Shown here: positions 11,665 through 26,900 of the stretch, piece after piece | Position numbering within the stretch: position 1 is the stretch's first letter | How the letters are laid out: each line of letters starts with the position of its first letter | Origin: Octopus sinensis | Taxonomy: Eukaryota | Reading direction: 5' to 3' | DNA length: 64,000 nt | Assembly (NCBI RefSeq): GCF_006345805.1 | Contig: NC_043012.1 | Location: 7,316,001 to 7,380,000, forward strand | Translations under genes and position numbers: made by a program | Notes under the pieces: generated by a model | Told to the model about the DNA's origin: nothing | What the model saw: the letters and a program-made list of their open reading frames with translations, nothing else | Database searches by the model: none

Positions 11665-11764
11665 NNNNNNNNNNNNNNNNNNNNNNNNNNNNNNNNNNNN
11701 NNNNNNNNNNNNNNNNNNNNNNNNNNNNNNNNNNNNNNNNNNNNNNNNNNNNNNNNNNNNNNNN
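11665..11764. other. Assembly gap (100 N)
   Basis: Exactly 100 N, typical of a placeholder scaffold join; the true size and adjacency are unknown. Confidence 1.
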
Positions 11765-11924
11765 ATGTTGAAGTGAATCTAACTGTTTTTGTGTGTTTCT
11801 TAAATGGCTTATAAGCACCTTCAACGCTGCAACTGTTTTCGTTCAGCAACACGATCTCAGATCAAGTCACTTGCTATGCAAGTACATCTCTGTAACTATA
11901 TATATATATATATATATTATATGT

Positions 11925-11985
<61 letters not shown>

Positions 11986-12051
11986 ATATTGGTAAAAACA
12001 GTAAGATAACAAAAGAAGAAAGAGACCTCAATATTATGTAAATATAGGAAA

Positions 12052-12441
12052 TCTTTATATTAAAAGTGAGGTTGTGTGTCTGTCTCCTACGATTTAGATT
12101 CCTAACTACTCCCACATTTTGCGGTGCAGTTTAACCAAAACCGGGTATCTTATAGTCGTGTTCATATCCAGACCGTCTGGTATTAGCGCGCGTCTACGAT
12201 GAGTCTACGATTAAAAAAAAATTTACCATCAATTTTTCCCATTTTTAATCCATTTTTGACATATATAAGGGAAGTAACTCTCTAAAATTTATTATTAAAT
12301 CTCAGAACGTAAAAAGCTACAGTAACACCCTCCCCCTTTGTGGTTAGCTATATTGAGATGGCTATTATACTTTACATCTCTAAAAATGCTTATATAATTA
12401 TTTCCCTTACAAACCCGAGTAACGCCGGGCGATACTGCTAG
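12052..12441 (+). mobile_element. Non-autonomous Helitron (390 bp)
   Basis: 5' A|TCTTTATATTAAAAG; 3' hairpin cccga gtaacg ccggg followed by cgatactgCTAG|T; no TSD. Confidence 0.85.
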
Positions 12442-12684
12442 TATGTGTATAAATGCATATACATATGCATAGATATATGCTTACACATACAATATATCCG
12501 CATATATATATATATATATATAGATTGATAGATACATGCATACATACATATATACAGACTCACACACACACACATATATATATCTGTGTGTGTGTGTGTG
12601 TGTGTGTGTATAGATAGATATACATATATGCTAACATGTGTATATATACACGTAAATAAGTATAAAAATGTATGTATTAATATA

Positions 12685-12715
<31 letters not shown>

Positions 12716-12845
12716 ATAAACTTATACATACATATGCGTGCATATTTCTATTGCATATATAAACATATATATTTATGTGTATACATGCACATACATGTGT
12801 GAGTGTACGGCGTCTCAGCTGTGTTAATGCAGAAAAATGAATATA

Positions 12846-12868
12846 GGCGCAGGAGTGGCTGTGTGGTA
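12846..12868 (+). mobile_element. First 23 nt of SINE family A, truncated at the edge of the GC-rich block
   Basis: ggcgcaggagtggctgtgtggta is identical to the head at 60,411-60,433. Confidence 0.65.
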
Positions 12869-14250
12869 TATCTCGTGATACTTTTCCGGCATCGGTCGCG
12901 GGTACGTCCACGTGTAACTCGGGCGATACCGCGAGCTTAGGTTCATTCTTTCTTTCGATTTCGGCACGGTAGCGCGGCGGAGCAACGGGCGACTGTGTGC
13001 AGGCCTTGCGCACCCTGCCGCTGGCGGCCCCTACTTATACTAGCCGCAGTTTCCATCTTTCGGGAATTTACGGAACGGACCACGTTGCTGTATCGACAGC
13101 GTGTATCTCGTGATATCCTTCCAGCATTGGTCGCGGTACGTCCACGTTTACGTGGTTCACACGTGGGTCAACCATTAGCTTCGGGAATGTCCGGTGTCGT
13201 CCGCCGACACACAGCGGCCTCACTCGAGCTCGATACCGAGAACTCACCCCAGAACTCGCCGCTTCGTGCCTCGTCGATAACTCTGGTACACGGTCGCGTG
13301 TACGTCCACGCGTACGTGGACGACATCGCGAGCTTCTGTTCGTTCTAACGGGTACATTAGGGCGGCGGAGCTCCGAGAGGCTGCCGCACCCTGCCGATGG
13401 CGGCCCCCCACCTTATTCTAGCCGCAGTTTCCATCTTTCGGGACTTTACGGGAAGGACCACGTCTCTGTATCGACAGCGTGTATCTCATCACATCCTTTC
13501 GGCATCGGTCGCGTGTACGTCCAGGTTTACGTGGCGATACCCCGAGCTTAGGTTCGTTCTTTCGATTTCGGGCACGGTAACGCGGCGGAGCTCCGGGCGA
13601 TTGGCGCAGGCCTGGCGCAACCCTGCCGCTGATGGCCTCTACTTTATACTCGCCGCAGTTGCTATCTTTCGGGATTTTACGGGGCGGACTACGTCTCTGT
13701 ATCGACAGCGTGTATCTCGTGACATCCTTCCGGCATCGGTCGCGTGTACGTCCAGGTTTACGGTGGCGATACCGCGAGCTTAGTTCGTTCTTCGATTTCG
13801 GGCACGGTAGGGCGGGGCGGAGCTCCGGGCGATAGGCGCAGGCCTGGCGCAACCCTGCCGCTGGCGGCCTCTACTTTATATCTCGCCGCAGTTGCCATCT
13901 TTCGGGATTTTACGGGGCGGACTACGTCTCTGTATCGACAAGCGTGTATCTCGTGACATCCCTCCGGCATCGGTCGCGTATACGTCCACGTGTACGAAGG
14001 CGATACCGCGAGGTTCGCATCAGCCTTACTAGATCGGGCACGGTAGGGCGGCGGAGCAACGGGCAGCTAGCGCAACCCTTCTCTACTGGCGGCCCCTACT
14101 TTATACTCGCCGCCGTTTTTCATCTTTCGGGAATTTACGGGACGGACCACGTCGCAGTACCAACCACGTGTATCTCGTGGCATCCTTCCAGCATTGGTCG
14201 TGGGTACGTCCACGTGTACGTGGGTGACGACACCATTAGTTTCGAGAAAG
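12869..14250. repeat. GC/CpG-rich diverged tandem repeat, ~233-bp unit, ~6 starts (one unit carries a ~145-bp insert)
   Basis: The marker tatctc(g/a)t recurs at 12,869, 13,104, 13,482, 13,713, 13,947 and 14,171. Confidence 0.9.
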
Positions 14251-14810
14251 TCCGGTGTCGTCCGCCGGCACAGCGCGGCCCCACTCGTGCTCGATACCGA
14301 TAACTCACCTCAGAATCGCCGCTTCCTCCGCCTCGTCGATCACATACTGACACTCTCGTGCTTCACGTCGACTATAAGTTTGGCTTATCGACCGACCTAA
14401 ATTACCTGCTACTTAAGCACTACGATCTTTCTCCGAGATTCTCCCGCCGCCGTTTGGCTGGGCTTTGTCTTGCTTTGGGATTCGTACGCATACACGCCGG
14501 CCACAGTCGTGCTCGATACCGAGAACTCACCCCAGGAGTTGCCGATTCGTGCATCGCCGATATTACACAAACACACTCTCGTGCTCCACGTCGACTATAA
14601 GTTTGACTTATCGACCGACCTAAATCACCTGCTACTTAAGCACTGCGATCTTTCTCCGAGATTCTCCCGCCGCCGTTTGGCTGGGCTTTTGTCGTGCTTT
14701 GGGATTCGTCCGCCGACACACCGGCCCCAGTCATGCTCGATACCGAGAACTCACCCCAGGAGTTGCCGATTCGTGCCTCGTCCATATCACACGGACACAT
14801 ATACTCATGC
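14250..14810. repeat. GC-rich tandem repeat, ~223-bp unit, ~2.6 copies
   Basis: The marker gctcgataccga occurs at 14,289, 14,511 and 14,735, and also inside the insert near 13,227. Confidence 0.9.
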
Positions 14811-14920
14811 GTCGGTCGTAGTCGCCGCTGCATTTTTCAGTTATTGGCAACGCCGCCGCTAGAGGACCACCGACCGGTTTAGAGACGTTTGTACAACCAG
14901 CTTCGTATGATAATCACTTA

Positions 14921-17900
14921 ACGCTACGTGCCGCGAGGCCCTAGCTCATATTTCGAACTCGCGAAGGCTACTTTACCAACATAACATCATTGAACACAGC
15001 AACGCTACCGAACGAGCGAACAAAAATAAGAAAGAAATCTTACGCTTCGGACCGCGAGGCCCTGGCTGATATCGAACTCGTGACGTTTACTTTACCAACA
15101 TAACATCACTGAACACAGCAACGCTACCGAACGAGCGAACAAAAAAAAAAAAGTTCTACGCTTCGGGCCGCGAGGCCCTACCTAAAGTCTAACTCGTGAC
15201 GTTTAATTTACCAACATAACATCACTGAACACAGCAACGCTACCGAACGAGCGAACAAAAAAAAAAAAAATTTTACGCTTCGGGCCGCGAGGCCCTCATT
15301 GATATCGAACTCGTGACGTTTACTTTACCAACATAACATCACTGAACACAGCAACGCTACCGAACGAGCGAACAAAAAAAAAATAATATTACGCTTCGGG
15401 CCGCGAGGCCCTGACTGATATCGAACTCGTGACGTTTAATTTACCAACATAACATCACTGAACACAGCAACGCTACCGAACGAGCGAACAAAAAAAAAAG
15501 AAAGTTCTACGCTTCGGCCCGCGAGGCGCTGCCTAATATCAAACTCGTGACGTTTACTTTACCAACATAACATCACTGAACACAGCAACGCTACCGAAAG
15601 AGCGAACAAAAAAAAAAAAATCTTACGCTTCGGGCCGCGAGTCCCTGACTGATATCGAACTCGTGACGTTTACTTTACCAACATAACATCACTGAACACA
15701 GCAACGCTACCGAAAGAGCGAACAAAAAAAAAACAAAAAACTTTACGCTTCGGGCCGCGAGGCCCTGCCTGATATCGAACTCGTGACGTTTACTTTACCA
15801 ACAAAACATCACTGAACACAGCAACGCTACCGAACGAGCGAACAAAAAAAAAATAATATTAAGCTTCGGACCGCGAGGCCCTGACTAATATCGAACTCCT
15901 GACGTTTACTTTACCAACATAACATCACTGAACACAGCAACGCTACCGAACGAGCGAGCAAAAACAAAAAATAATATTACGCTTCGGTCCGCGAGGCCCT
16001 GACTGATATCGAACTCGTGACGTTTACTTTACCAACATAACATCACTGAACACAGCAACGCTACCGAAAGAGCGAACAAAAAAACAAAAAACTTTACGCT
16101 TCGGGCCGCGAGGCCCTGCCTGATGTCGTACATGCGTCGTTTACTTTACCAACATAACATCACTGAACACAGCAACGCTACCGACAGAGCGAAGAAAAAA
16201 AGAAAAAACCTTACGCTTCGGTCCGCGAGGCCCTGACTGATATCGAACTCGTGACGTTTACTTTACCAACATAACATCACTGAACACAGCAACGCTACCG
16301 AACGAGCGAACAAAAAAAAAAGCTTTACGCTTCGGGCCGCGAGGCCCTGACTAATATCGAACTCGTGACGTTTACTTTACCAACATAACATCATTGAACA
16401 CAGCAACGCTACCGAACGAGCGAACAAAAAAAAAAAAGTTGTACGCTTCGGGCCGCGAGGCCCTGCCTGATATCGAACTCGCGACGTTTATTTTACCAAC
16501 ATAACATCACTGAACACAGCAACGCTACCGAACGAGCGAACAAAAAAAAAGAAACAACTTTACGCTTCGGGCCGCGAGGCCCTGCCTGATGTCGAACTCG
16601 TGACGTTTACTTTACCAACAAAACATCACTGAACACAGCAACGCTACCGAACGAGCGAACAAAAGGAAAAAAGAACTGTCTTACGCTTCGGGCCGCGAGG
16701 CCCTGCCTAAAATTGAACTCGTGACGTTTACTTTACCAACATAACATCACTGAACACAGCAACGCTACCGAACGACCGAACAAAAAAAAAAATAATACTA
16801 AGCTTCGGGCCGCGAGGACCTGACTGATGTCGAACACGTGACGTTTAATTTACCAACATAACATCACTGAACACAGCAACGCTACCGAACGAGCGAACAA
16901 AAAGAAAAAGGAAATGTTTTACGCTTCGGGCCGCGAGGCCCTGCCTGATATCGAACTCGTGACGTTTACTTTACCAACAAAACCTCACTGAACACAGCAA
17001 CGATACCGAACGAGCGAACAAAAAAAAAAAAGTTTTACGCTTCGGGCCGCGAGGCCACGACCGATATCGAACTCGTGACGTTTACTTTACCAACATAACA
17101 TCACTGAACACAGCAACGCTACCGAACGAGCGAACAAAAATAAGACGGAAATCTTACGCTTCGGACCGCGAGGCCCTGGCTGATATGAAACTCGCGAAAG
17201 CTACTTTACCAACATAACATAACTGAACACAGCAACGCTACCGAACGAGCGAACAAAAAAAAATAATAATATTAAGCTTCGGGCCGCGAGGCCCTGACTG
17301 ATATCGATGTCGTGACGTTTACTTTACCAACATAACATCACTGAACACAGCAACGCTACCGAAAGAGCGAACAAAAAAAAAATAATCTTACGCTTCGGGC
17401 CGCGAGGCCCTGGCTAATATCGAACTCGTGACGTTTACTTTACCAACATAACATCACTGAACACAGCAACGCTACCGAACGAGCGAACAAAAGAAAAAAA
17501 TAATATTAAGCTCCGGGGCGCGAGGCCCTGCCTTATATCGAACTCGTGACGTTTACTTTACCAACATAACATCACTGAACACAGCAACGCTACCGAACGA
17601 GCGAACAAAAAAAAAAAAGTCCTCCGCTTCGGGCCGCGAGGCCCTGCCTGATATCGAGCTCGTAACGTTTACTTTACCAACATAACATCACTGAACACAG
17701 CAACGCTACCGAACGAGCGAACAAAAAATAACAAAAAACTTTACGCTTCGGGCCGCGAGGCCCTGCCTGATTTCGAACTCGTGACGTTTACTTTACCAAC
17801 ATAACATCACTGAACACAGCAACGCTACCGAGCGAGCGATCTAAAAAAAGAAAAATTTTACGCCTCCGGCCGTGAGATCCTGACTGATACCGAACTCGTG

Positions 17901-20900
17901 ACGTTTACTTTACCAACATAACATCACTGAACACAGCAACGCTACCGAACGAGCGAGCAAAAAAAAAAATAACATTACGCTTCGGGCGGCGAGGCCCTGA
18001 CTGATATCGAACTCGTGACGTTTACTTTACCAACATAACATCACTGAACACAGCAACGCTACCGAAAGAGCGAACAAAAAAAAAAAAAATCTACGCTTCG
18101 GGCCGCGAGGCCCTGCCTGATATCGAACACGCGACGTTTACTTTACCAACATAACATCACTGAACACAGCAACGCTACCGAAAGAGCGAACAAAAAAAAA
18201 AAAATCGTACGCTTAGGCCGCGAGGCCCTGCCCAGTTTCGAACACGCGACGTTTACTTTACCAACATAACATCACTGAACACAGCAACGCTACCGAACGA
18301 GCGAACAAAAAAAAAAAAAAGTTCTACGCTTCGGGCCGCGAGGCCCTGCCTGATATCGAACTCGTGACGTTTACTTTACCAACATAACATCACTGAACAC
18401 AGCAACGCTACCGAACGAGCGAACAAAAAAAAACAAACAACTTTACGCTTCGGGCCGCGAGGCCCTGCCATATATCGACCTCGTGACGTTTACTTTACCA
18501 ACATAACATCACTGAACACAGCAACGCTACCGAACGAGCAAACAAAAAAAAAAAAAACTTACGCTTCGGGCCGCGAGGCCCTGACTAATATCGAACTCGT
18601 GACGTTTACTTTACCAACATAACATCACTGAACACAGCAACGCTACCGAACGAGCGAAAAAAAAAAATATAACATAAAGCTTCGGGCCGCGAGGCCCTGA
18701 CTGATATCGAACTCGTGACGTTTACTTTACCAACAAAACATCACTGAACACAGCAACGCTACCGAACGAGCGAACAAAAGGAAAAAAGAAATGTTTTACG
18801 CTTCGGGCCGCGAGGCCCTGCCTAATGTTGAACTCGTGACGTTTACTTTACCAACATAACATCACTGAACACAGCAACGCTACCGAACGAGCGAACAAAA
18901 AAAAAAAAAAATTACGCTTCGGGCCGCGAGGCCCTTCCTGTTTCCGAACTCGTGACGTTTACTTTACAAACAAAACATCACTGAACACAGCAACGCTACC
19001 GAACAAAAAAAAAAAAATCTTACGCTTCGGGCCGCGAGGCCCTGACTGATAACGAACTCGTGACGTTTACTTTACCAACATAACATCACTGAACACAGCA
19101 ACGCTACCGAACGAGCGAACAAAAAAAAAAAATAATATCAAGCGAACAAAAAGAAAAAAGATATGTTTTACGCTTCGGGCCGCGAGGCCCTGCCTAATGT
19201 CGAACTCGTGACTTTTACTTTACCAACAAAACATCACTGAACACAGCAACGCTACCGAACGAGCGAACAAAAAGAAAAAAGAAATTCTTTACGCTTCGGG
19301 CCGCGAGGCCCTGCCTAATATCGAACTCGTGACGTTTACTTTACCAACATAACATCACTGAACACAGCAACGCTACCGAACGAGCGAACAAAAGGAAAAA
19401 AGATACATTTTACGCTTCGGGCCGCGAGGCCCTGCCTAATATCGAAATCGTGACGTTTACTTTACCAACAAAAGATCACTGAACACAGCAACGCTACCGA
19501 AAGAGCGAACAAAAAAAAAAAATCTTACGCCCTGACTTATATCGAACTCGTGACGTTTACTTTACCAACAAAAGATCACTGAACACAGCAACGCTACCGA
19601 ACGAGCGAACAAAAAAAAAACAAAAAACTTACGCTTCGGGCCGCGAGGCCCTGCCTGGTATAGAACTCGTGACGTTTACTTTACCAACATAACATCACTG
19701 AACACCGCAACGCTACCGAAAGAGCGAACAAAAAAAAATCTTACGCCCTGACTTATATCGAACTCGTGACGTTTACTTTACCAACAAAAGATCACTGAAC
19801 ACAGCAACACTACCGACCGAGCGAACAAAAAAAAAAAAGTTCTACGCTTCGGGCCGCGAGGCCCTGCCTGATATCGAACTCGTGACGTTTACTTTACCAA
19901 CAAAACATCACTGAACACAGCAACGCTACCGAACGAGCGAACAAAAAAAAAAAAGTTCTACGCTTCGGGCCGCGAGGCCCTGGCTGATATCGAACTCGTG
20001 ACGTTTACTTTACCAACATAACATCACTGAACACAGCAACGCTACCGAACGAGCGAAAAAAAAAAAAAAAAACATTACGCTTCGGGCCGCGAGGCCCTGC
20101 CTGATATCGAACTCGTGACGTTTACTTTACCAACAAAACATCACTGAACACAGCAACGCTACCGAACGAGCGAACAAAAAAAAAAAAAAAACATTACGCT
20201 TCGGGCCGCGAGGCCCTGCCTGATATCGAACTCGTGACGTTTACTTTACCAACAAAACATCACTGAACACAGCAACGCTACCGAACGAGCGAACTAAAAA
20301 AAAAAAAAAAAAATTTACGCTTCGGGCCGCGAGGCCCTGTCTGATATCGAACTCGTGACGTTTACTTTACCAACATAACATCACTGAACACAGCAACGCT
20401 ACCGAACGAGCGAGCAAAAAAAAAAAAAAATTCTACGCTTCGGGCCGCGAGGCCCTGACTGATATCGAACTCGTGACGTTTACTTTACCAACATAACATC
20501 ACTGAACACAGCAACGCTACCGAACGAGCGAACAAAAAAAATAAAAAATGCTACGCTTCGGGCCGCGAGGCCCTGCCTGATATCGAACTCGCGACGTTTA
20601 CTTTACCAACATAACATCACTGAACACAGCAACGCTACCGAACGAGCGAACAAAAAAAAAAAAAAATTTACGCTTCGGGCCGCGAGGCCCTGCCTAATAT
20701 CGAACACGCGAGCAACGCTACCGAACGAGCGAACAAAAGAAAAAGTTCTACGCTTCGGGCCGCGAGGCCCTGCCTGATATCGAACTCGTGACGTTTACTT
20801 TACCAACATAACATCACTGAACACAGCAACGCTACCGAACGAGCGAGCAAAAAAAATAAAATATGTTACGCTTCGGGCCGCGAGGCCCTGCCTGATTTCG

Positions 20901-23900
20901 AACTCGTGACGTTTACTTTACCAACAAAACATCACTGAACACAGCAACGCTACCGAACGAGCGAACAAAAAAAAAAAAAACATTACGTTTCGGGCCGCGA
21001 GGCCCTGCCTGATATCGAACTCGTGACGTTTACTTTACCAACATAACATCACTGAACACAGCAACGCTACCGAACGAGCGAAAAAAAAAAAAAAAAAAAA
21101 TATTACGCTTCGGGCCGCGAGGCCCTGCCTGATATCGAACTCGTGACGTTTACTTTACCAACATAACATCACTGAACACAGCAACGCTACCGAACGAGCG
21201 AGCAAAAACAATAAAAAATGCTACGCTTCGGGCCGCGAGGCCCTGCCTGATATCGAACTCGTGACGTTTACTTTACCAACATAAATCACTGAACACAGCA
21301 ACGCTACCGAACGAGCGAACAAAAAAAAAAAAAATAATATTACGCTTCGGGCCGCGAGGCCCTGCCTGATGTCGAACTCGTGACGTTTACTTTACCAACA
21401 TAACATCACTGAACACAGCAACGCTACCGAACGAGCGAGCAAAAAAAAAAAAATAATACTACGCTTCGGGCCGCGAGGCCCTGACTGTTATCGAACTCGT
21501 GACGTTTACTTTACCACATAACATCACTGAACACAGCAACGCTACGAAAGAGCGAACAAAAAAAAAAAAAAAATCTTACGCTTCGGGCCGCGAGGCCCTG
21601 CCTGATATCGAACACGCGACGTTTACTTTACCAACATAACATCACTGAACACAGCAACGCTACCGAACGAGCGAACAAAAAAAAAAAAATTTTACGCTTC
21701 GGGCCGCGAGGCCCTGCCTGATATCGAACACGCGACGTTTACTTTACCAACATAACATCACTGAACACAGCAACGCTACCGAACGAGCGAACAAAAAAAA
21801 AAAAAAAATAACATTACGCTTCGGGCCGCGAGGCCCTGACTAATATCGAACTCGTGACGTTTACTTTACCAACATAACATCACTAAACACAGCAACGCTA
21901 CCGAACGAGCGAACAAAAAAAAAAAAAAAAGTTTTACGCTTCGGGCCGCGAGGCCCTGCCTGATATCGAACTCGTGACGTTTACTTTACCAACAAAACAT
22001 CACTGAACACAGCAACGCTACCGAACGAGCGAACAAAAAAAAAACATATACACTTCGGGCCGCGAGGCCCTGACTAATATCGAACTCGTGACGTTTACTT
22101 TACCAACATAACATCACTGAACACAGCAACGCTACCGAACGAGCGAAAAAAAAAAAAAAATTTACTACGCTTCGGGCCGCGAAGCCCTGACTGATATCGA
22201 ACTCGTGACGTTTACTTTACCAACATAACATCACTGAACACAGCAACGCTACCGAACGAGCGAACAAAAAAAAAAATAATATTACGCTTCGGGCCGCGAG
22301 GCCCTGCCTGATATCGAACTCGTGACGTTTACTTTACCAACATAACATCACTGAACACAGCAACGCTACCGAACGAGCGAGCAAAAAAAAAATAAATCAC
22401 GCTTCGGGCCGCGAGGCCCTGCTGATATCGAACTCGTGACGTTTACTTTACCAACATAACATCACTGACACAGCAACGCTAACCGAAAGACCGAACAAAA
22501 AAAAAAATCTTTACGCTTCGGGCCGCGAGGCCCTGCCTGATATCGAACTCGCGACGTTTACTTTACCAACATAACATCACTGACCCAGCAACGCTAACCG
22601 ATGAGCGAACAAAAAAAAAAAAACATTACGCTTCGGCCGCGAGGCCCTGCCTAATATCGACCACTCGACGTCTACTTTACCAACCACATCAATCACTGAA
22701 CACAGCAACGCTACCGAACGAGCGAACAAAAAAAAAAAGTTCTACGCGTCGGGACGCGAGGCCCTGCCTGTTATCGAACTAGTGACGTTTACTTTACCAA
22801 CATAACATCACTAAACACAGCAACGCTACCGAAAGAGCGAACAAAAAAATACAAAAAAATTTTACGCTTCGGGCCGCGAGGCCCTGCCTGATTTCGAACT
22901 CGTGACGTTTACTTTACCAACAAAACATCACTGAACACAGCAACGCTACCGAGCGAGCGAACTAAAAAAAAAAAAAATGTTACGCTTCGGGCCGCGAGGC
23001 CCTGACTGATATCGAACTCGTGACGTTTACTTTACCAACATAACATCACTGAACACAGCAACGCTACCGAACGAGCGAACAAAAAATAACAAAAAACTTT
23101 ACGCTTCGGGCCGCGAGGCGCTGCCTCATATCGAACTCGTGACGTTTACTTTACCAACAAAAGATCACTGAACACAGCAACGCTACTGAACGAGCGAACA
23201 AAAAAAAAAAAAAAAATTGCACGCTTCGGGCCGCGAGTCCCTGACTGGTGTCGAACTCGTGACGTTTACTTTACCAACATAACATCACTGAACACAGCAA
23301 CGCTACCGAACGAGCGAGCAAAAAAAATAAAATATGTTACGCTTCGGGCCGCGAGGCCCTGCCTGATATCGAACTCGTGACGTTTACTTTACCAACAAAA
23401 CATCACTGAACACAGAAAGGCTACCGAACGAGCGAACAAAAAAAAAAAAAACTCTACGTTTCGGGCCGCGAGGCCCTGCCTGATATCGAACTCGTGACGT
23501 TTACTTTACCAACATAACATCACTGAACACAGCAACGCTACCGAACGAGCGAACAAAAAAAAAAAAAATATTACGCTTCGGGCCGCGAGGCCCTGCCTGA
23601 TGTCGAACTCGTGACGTTTACTTTACCAACATAACATCACTGAACACAGCAACGCTACCGAACGAGCGAGCAAAAAAAAAAAAAATGTTACGCTTCGGGC
23701 CGCGAGGCCCTGCCTGATATCGAACTCGTGACGTTTACTTTACCAACAAAATATCACTGAACACAGCAACGCTACCGAACGAGCGAACAAAAAAAAAAAA
23801 AATCCTCTGTTTCGGGCCGCGAGGCCCTGCCTGATATCGAACGCGTGACGTTTACTTTACCAACAAAACATCACTGAACACAGCAACGCTACCGAGCGAG

Positions 23901-26900
23901 CGATCAAAAAAAAAAAAATTTTACGCCTCGGGCCGCGAGGCCCTGACTGATCTCGAACTCGTGACGTTTACTTTACCAACATAACATCACTGAACACAGC
24001 AACGCTACCGAACGAGCGAGCAAAAAAAAAAAATCGTACGCTTAGGCCGCGAGGCCCTGCCTAATGTCGGACACGCGACGTTTACTTTACCAACATAACA
24101 TCACTGAACACAGCAACGCTACCGAACGAGCGAACAAAAAAAAAAAAAAAAAATTTACGCTTCGGGCCGAGAGGCCCTGACTGATATCGAACTCGTGACG
24201 TTTACTTTACCAACATAACATCACTGAACACAGCAACGCTACCGAACGAGCGAACAAAAGAACAAAGTTACATTACGCTTCGGGCCGCGAGGCCCTGCCT
24301 GATATCGAACTCGTGACGTTTACTTTACCAACAAAACATCACTGAACACAGCAACGCTACCGAATGAGCGAACAAAAAAAGAAAAAATTTTACGTTTCGG
24401 GCCGCTCGGCCCTGCCTGATATCGAACTCGTGACGTTTACTTTACGAACAACACATCACTGAACACAGCAACGCTACCGAGAGAGCGAACTAAAAAAAAA
24501 ATAATATTACGCTTCGGGCCGCGAGGCCCTGCCTGATATCGAACTCGTGACGTTTACTTTACCAACAAAACATCACTGAACACAGCAACGCTACCGAACG
24601 AGCGAACAAAAAAAAAAAGTTTTACGCTTCGGGCCGCGAGGCCACGACTGATATCGAACTCGTGACGTTTACTTTACCAACATAACATCACTGAACACAG
24701 CAACGCTACCGAACGAGCGAACAAAAAAAAACAAAAAATTACGCTTCGGGCCGCGACCCATCCTGATATCGAACTCGTGACGTTTACTTTACCAACAAAA
24801 CATCACTGAACACAGCAACGCTACCGAACGAAAAAAAAAAATGATACGCTTCGGGCCGCGAGGCCCTGACTCATAACGAACTCGTGACGTTTACTTTACC
24901 AACATAACATCACTGAACACAGCAACGCTACCGAACGAGCGAACAAAAAAAAAATAATATTAAGCTTCGGGCCGCGAGGCCCTGACTGATATCGGACTCG
25001 TGACGTTTAATTTACCAACATAACATCACTGAACACAGCAACGCAATCGAACGAGCGAACAAAAAGAAAAAAGATATGTTTCACGCTTCGGGCCGCGAGG
25101 CCCTGCCTAATGTAGAACTCGTGACTTTTACTTTACCAACAAAACATCACTGAACACAGCAACGTTACCGAACGAGCGAACAAAAAGAAAAAAGAAATGC
25201 TTTACGCTTCGGGCCGCGAGGCCCTGCCTAATATCGAACTCGTGACGTTTACTTTACCAACATAACATCACTGAACACAGCAACGCTACCGAACGAGCGA
25301 ACAAAAAATAACAAAAAATTTTACGCTTCGCGCCGCGAGGCCCTGCCTGATATCGAAATCGTGACGTTTACTTTACCAACAAAAGATTACTGAACACAGC
25401 AACGCTACCGAACGAGCGAGCAAAAAAAAAACAATATTACGCTTCGGGCCGCGAGGCCCTGACTGATATCGAACTCGTGACGTTTACTTTACCAACATAA
25501 CATCACTGAACACCGCAACGCTACCGAAAGAGCGAACAAAAAAAAAAAAGTGCTAGGCTTCGGGCCGCGAGGCCCTGCCTGATATCGAACTCGTGACGTT
25601 TACTTTACCAACATAACATCACTGAACACAGCAACGCTACCGAACGAGCGAACAAAAAAAAAAAAAAAAAGATTACGCTTCGGGCCGCGAGGCCCTGCCT
25701 GGTATCGAACTCGTGACGTTTACTTTACCAACAAAACATCACTGAACACAGCAACGCTACCGAAAGAGCGAACAAAAAAAAAAAATCTTATGCTTCGGGC
25801 CGCGAGGCCCTGCCTGATATCGAACACGCGACGTTTACTTTACCAACATAACATCACTGAACACAGCAACGCGACCGAAAGAGCGAACAAAAAAAAAAAA
25901 ATATTACGCTTCGGGCCGCGAGGCCCTGCCTAATATCGAACACGCGACGTTTACTTTACCAACATAAAATCACTGAACACAGCAACGCTACCGAACGAGC
26001 GAACAAAAAAAAAAAAAGTTCTACGTTTCAGGCCGCGAGGCCCTGCCTGATATCGAACACGCGACGTTTACTTTACCAACATAACATCACTGAACACAGC
26101 AACGCTACCGAACGAGCGAACAAAAAAAAAAAAAAAAGTTTACGCTTCGGGCCGCGAGGCCCTGCCTAGTATAGAACTCGTGACGTTTACTTTACCAACG
26201 AAACAACACTGAACACAGCAACGCTACCGAACGAGCGAACAAAAAATAAAAAGTTCTATGCTTCGGGCCGCGAGGTCTTGACTGATTTCGAACTCGTGAC
26301 GTTTACTTTACCAACATAACATCACTGAACACAACAACGCTACCGAACGAGCGAACAAAAAAAAAAATAATATTAAGCTTCGGGCCGCGAGGCCCTGACT
26401 GATATCGAACTCGTGACGTTTACTTTACCAACATAACATCACTGAACACAGCAACGCTACCGAGTCCCTGACTGGTATCGAACTCGTGACGTTTACTTTA
26501 CCAACATAACATCACTGAACACAGCAACGCTACCGAACGAGCGAGCAAAAAAAATAAAATATGTTATGCTTCGGGCCGCGAGGCCCTGCCTGATATCGAA
26601 CTCGTGACGTTTACTTTACCAACAGAACATCACTGAACACAGCAACGCTACCGAACAAGCGAACAAAAAAAAACAAATAACATTACGCTTCGGGCCGCGA
26701 GGCTCTGCCTGATATCGACCTCGTGACGTTTACTTTACCAACATAACATCACTGAACACAGCAACGCTACCGAACGACCGAACAAAAAATAACAAAAATT
26801 TTACGCTTCGGGCCGCGAGGCCTGCCTGATATCGAACTCGTGACGTTTACTTTACCAACAAACATCACTGAACACAGCAACGCTACCGAACGAGCGAACA

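Noticed and set aside
12995-14882. Overlapping ORFs on both strands in the GC-rich tier
   Set aside because: Expected in GC-rich tandem repeats; frames differ between units and no recognisable domain is present.
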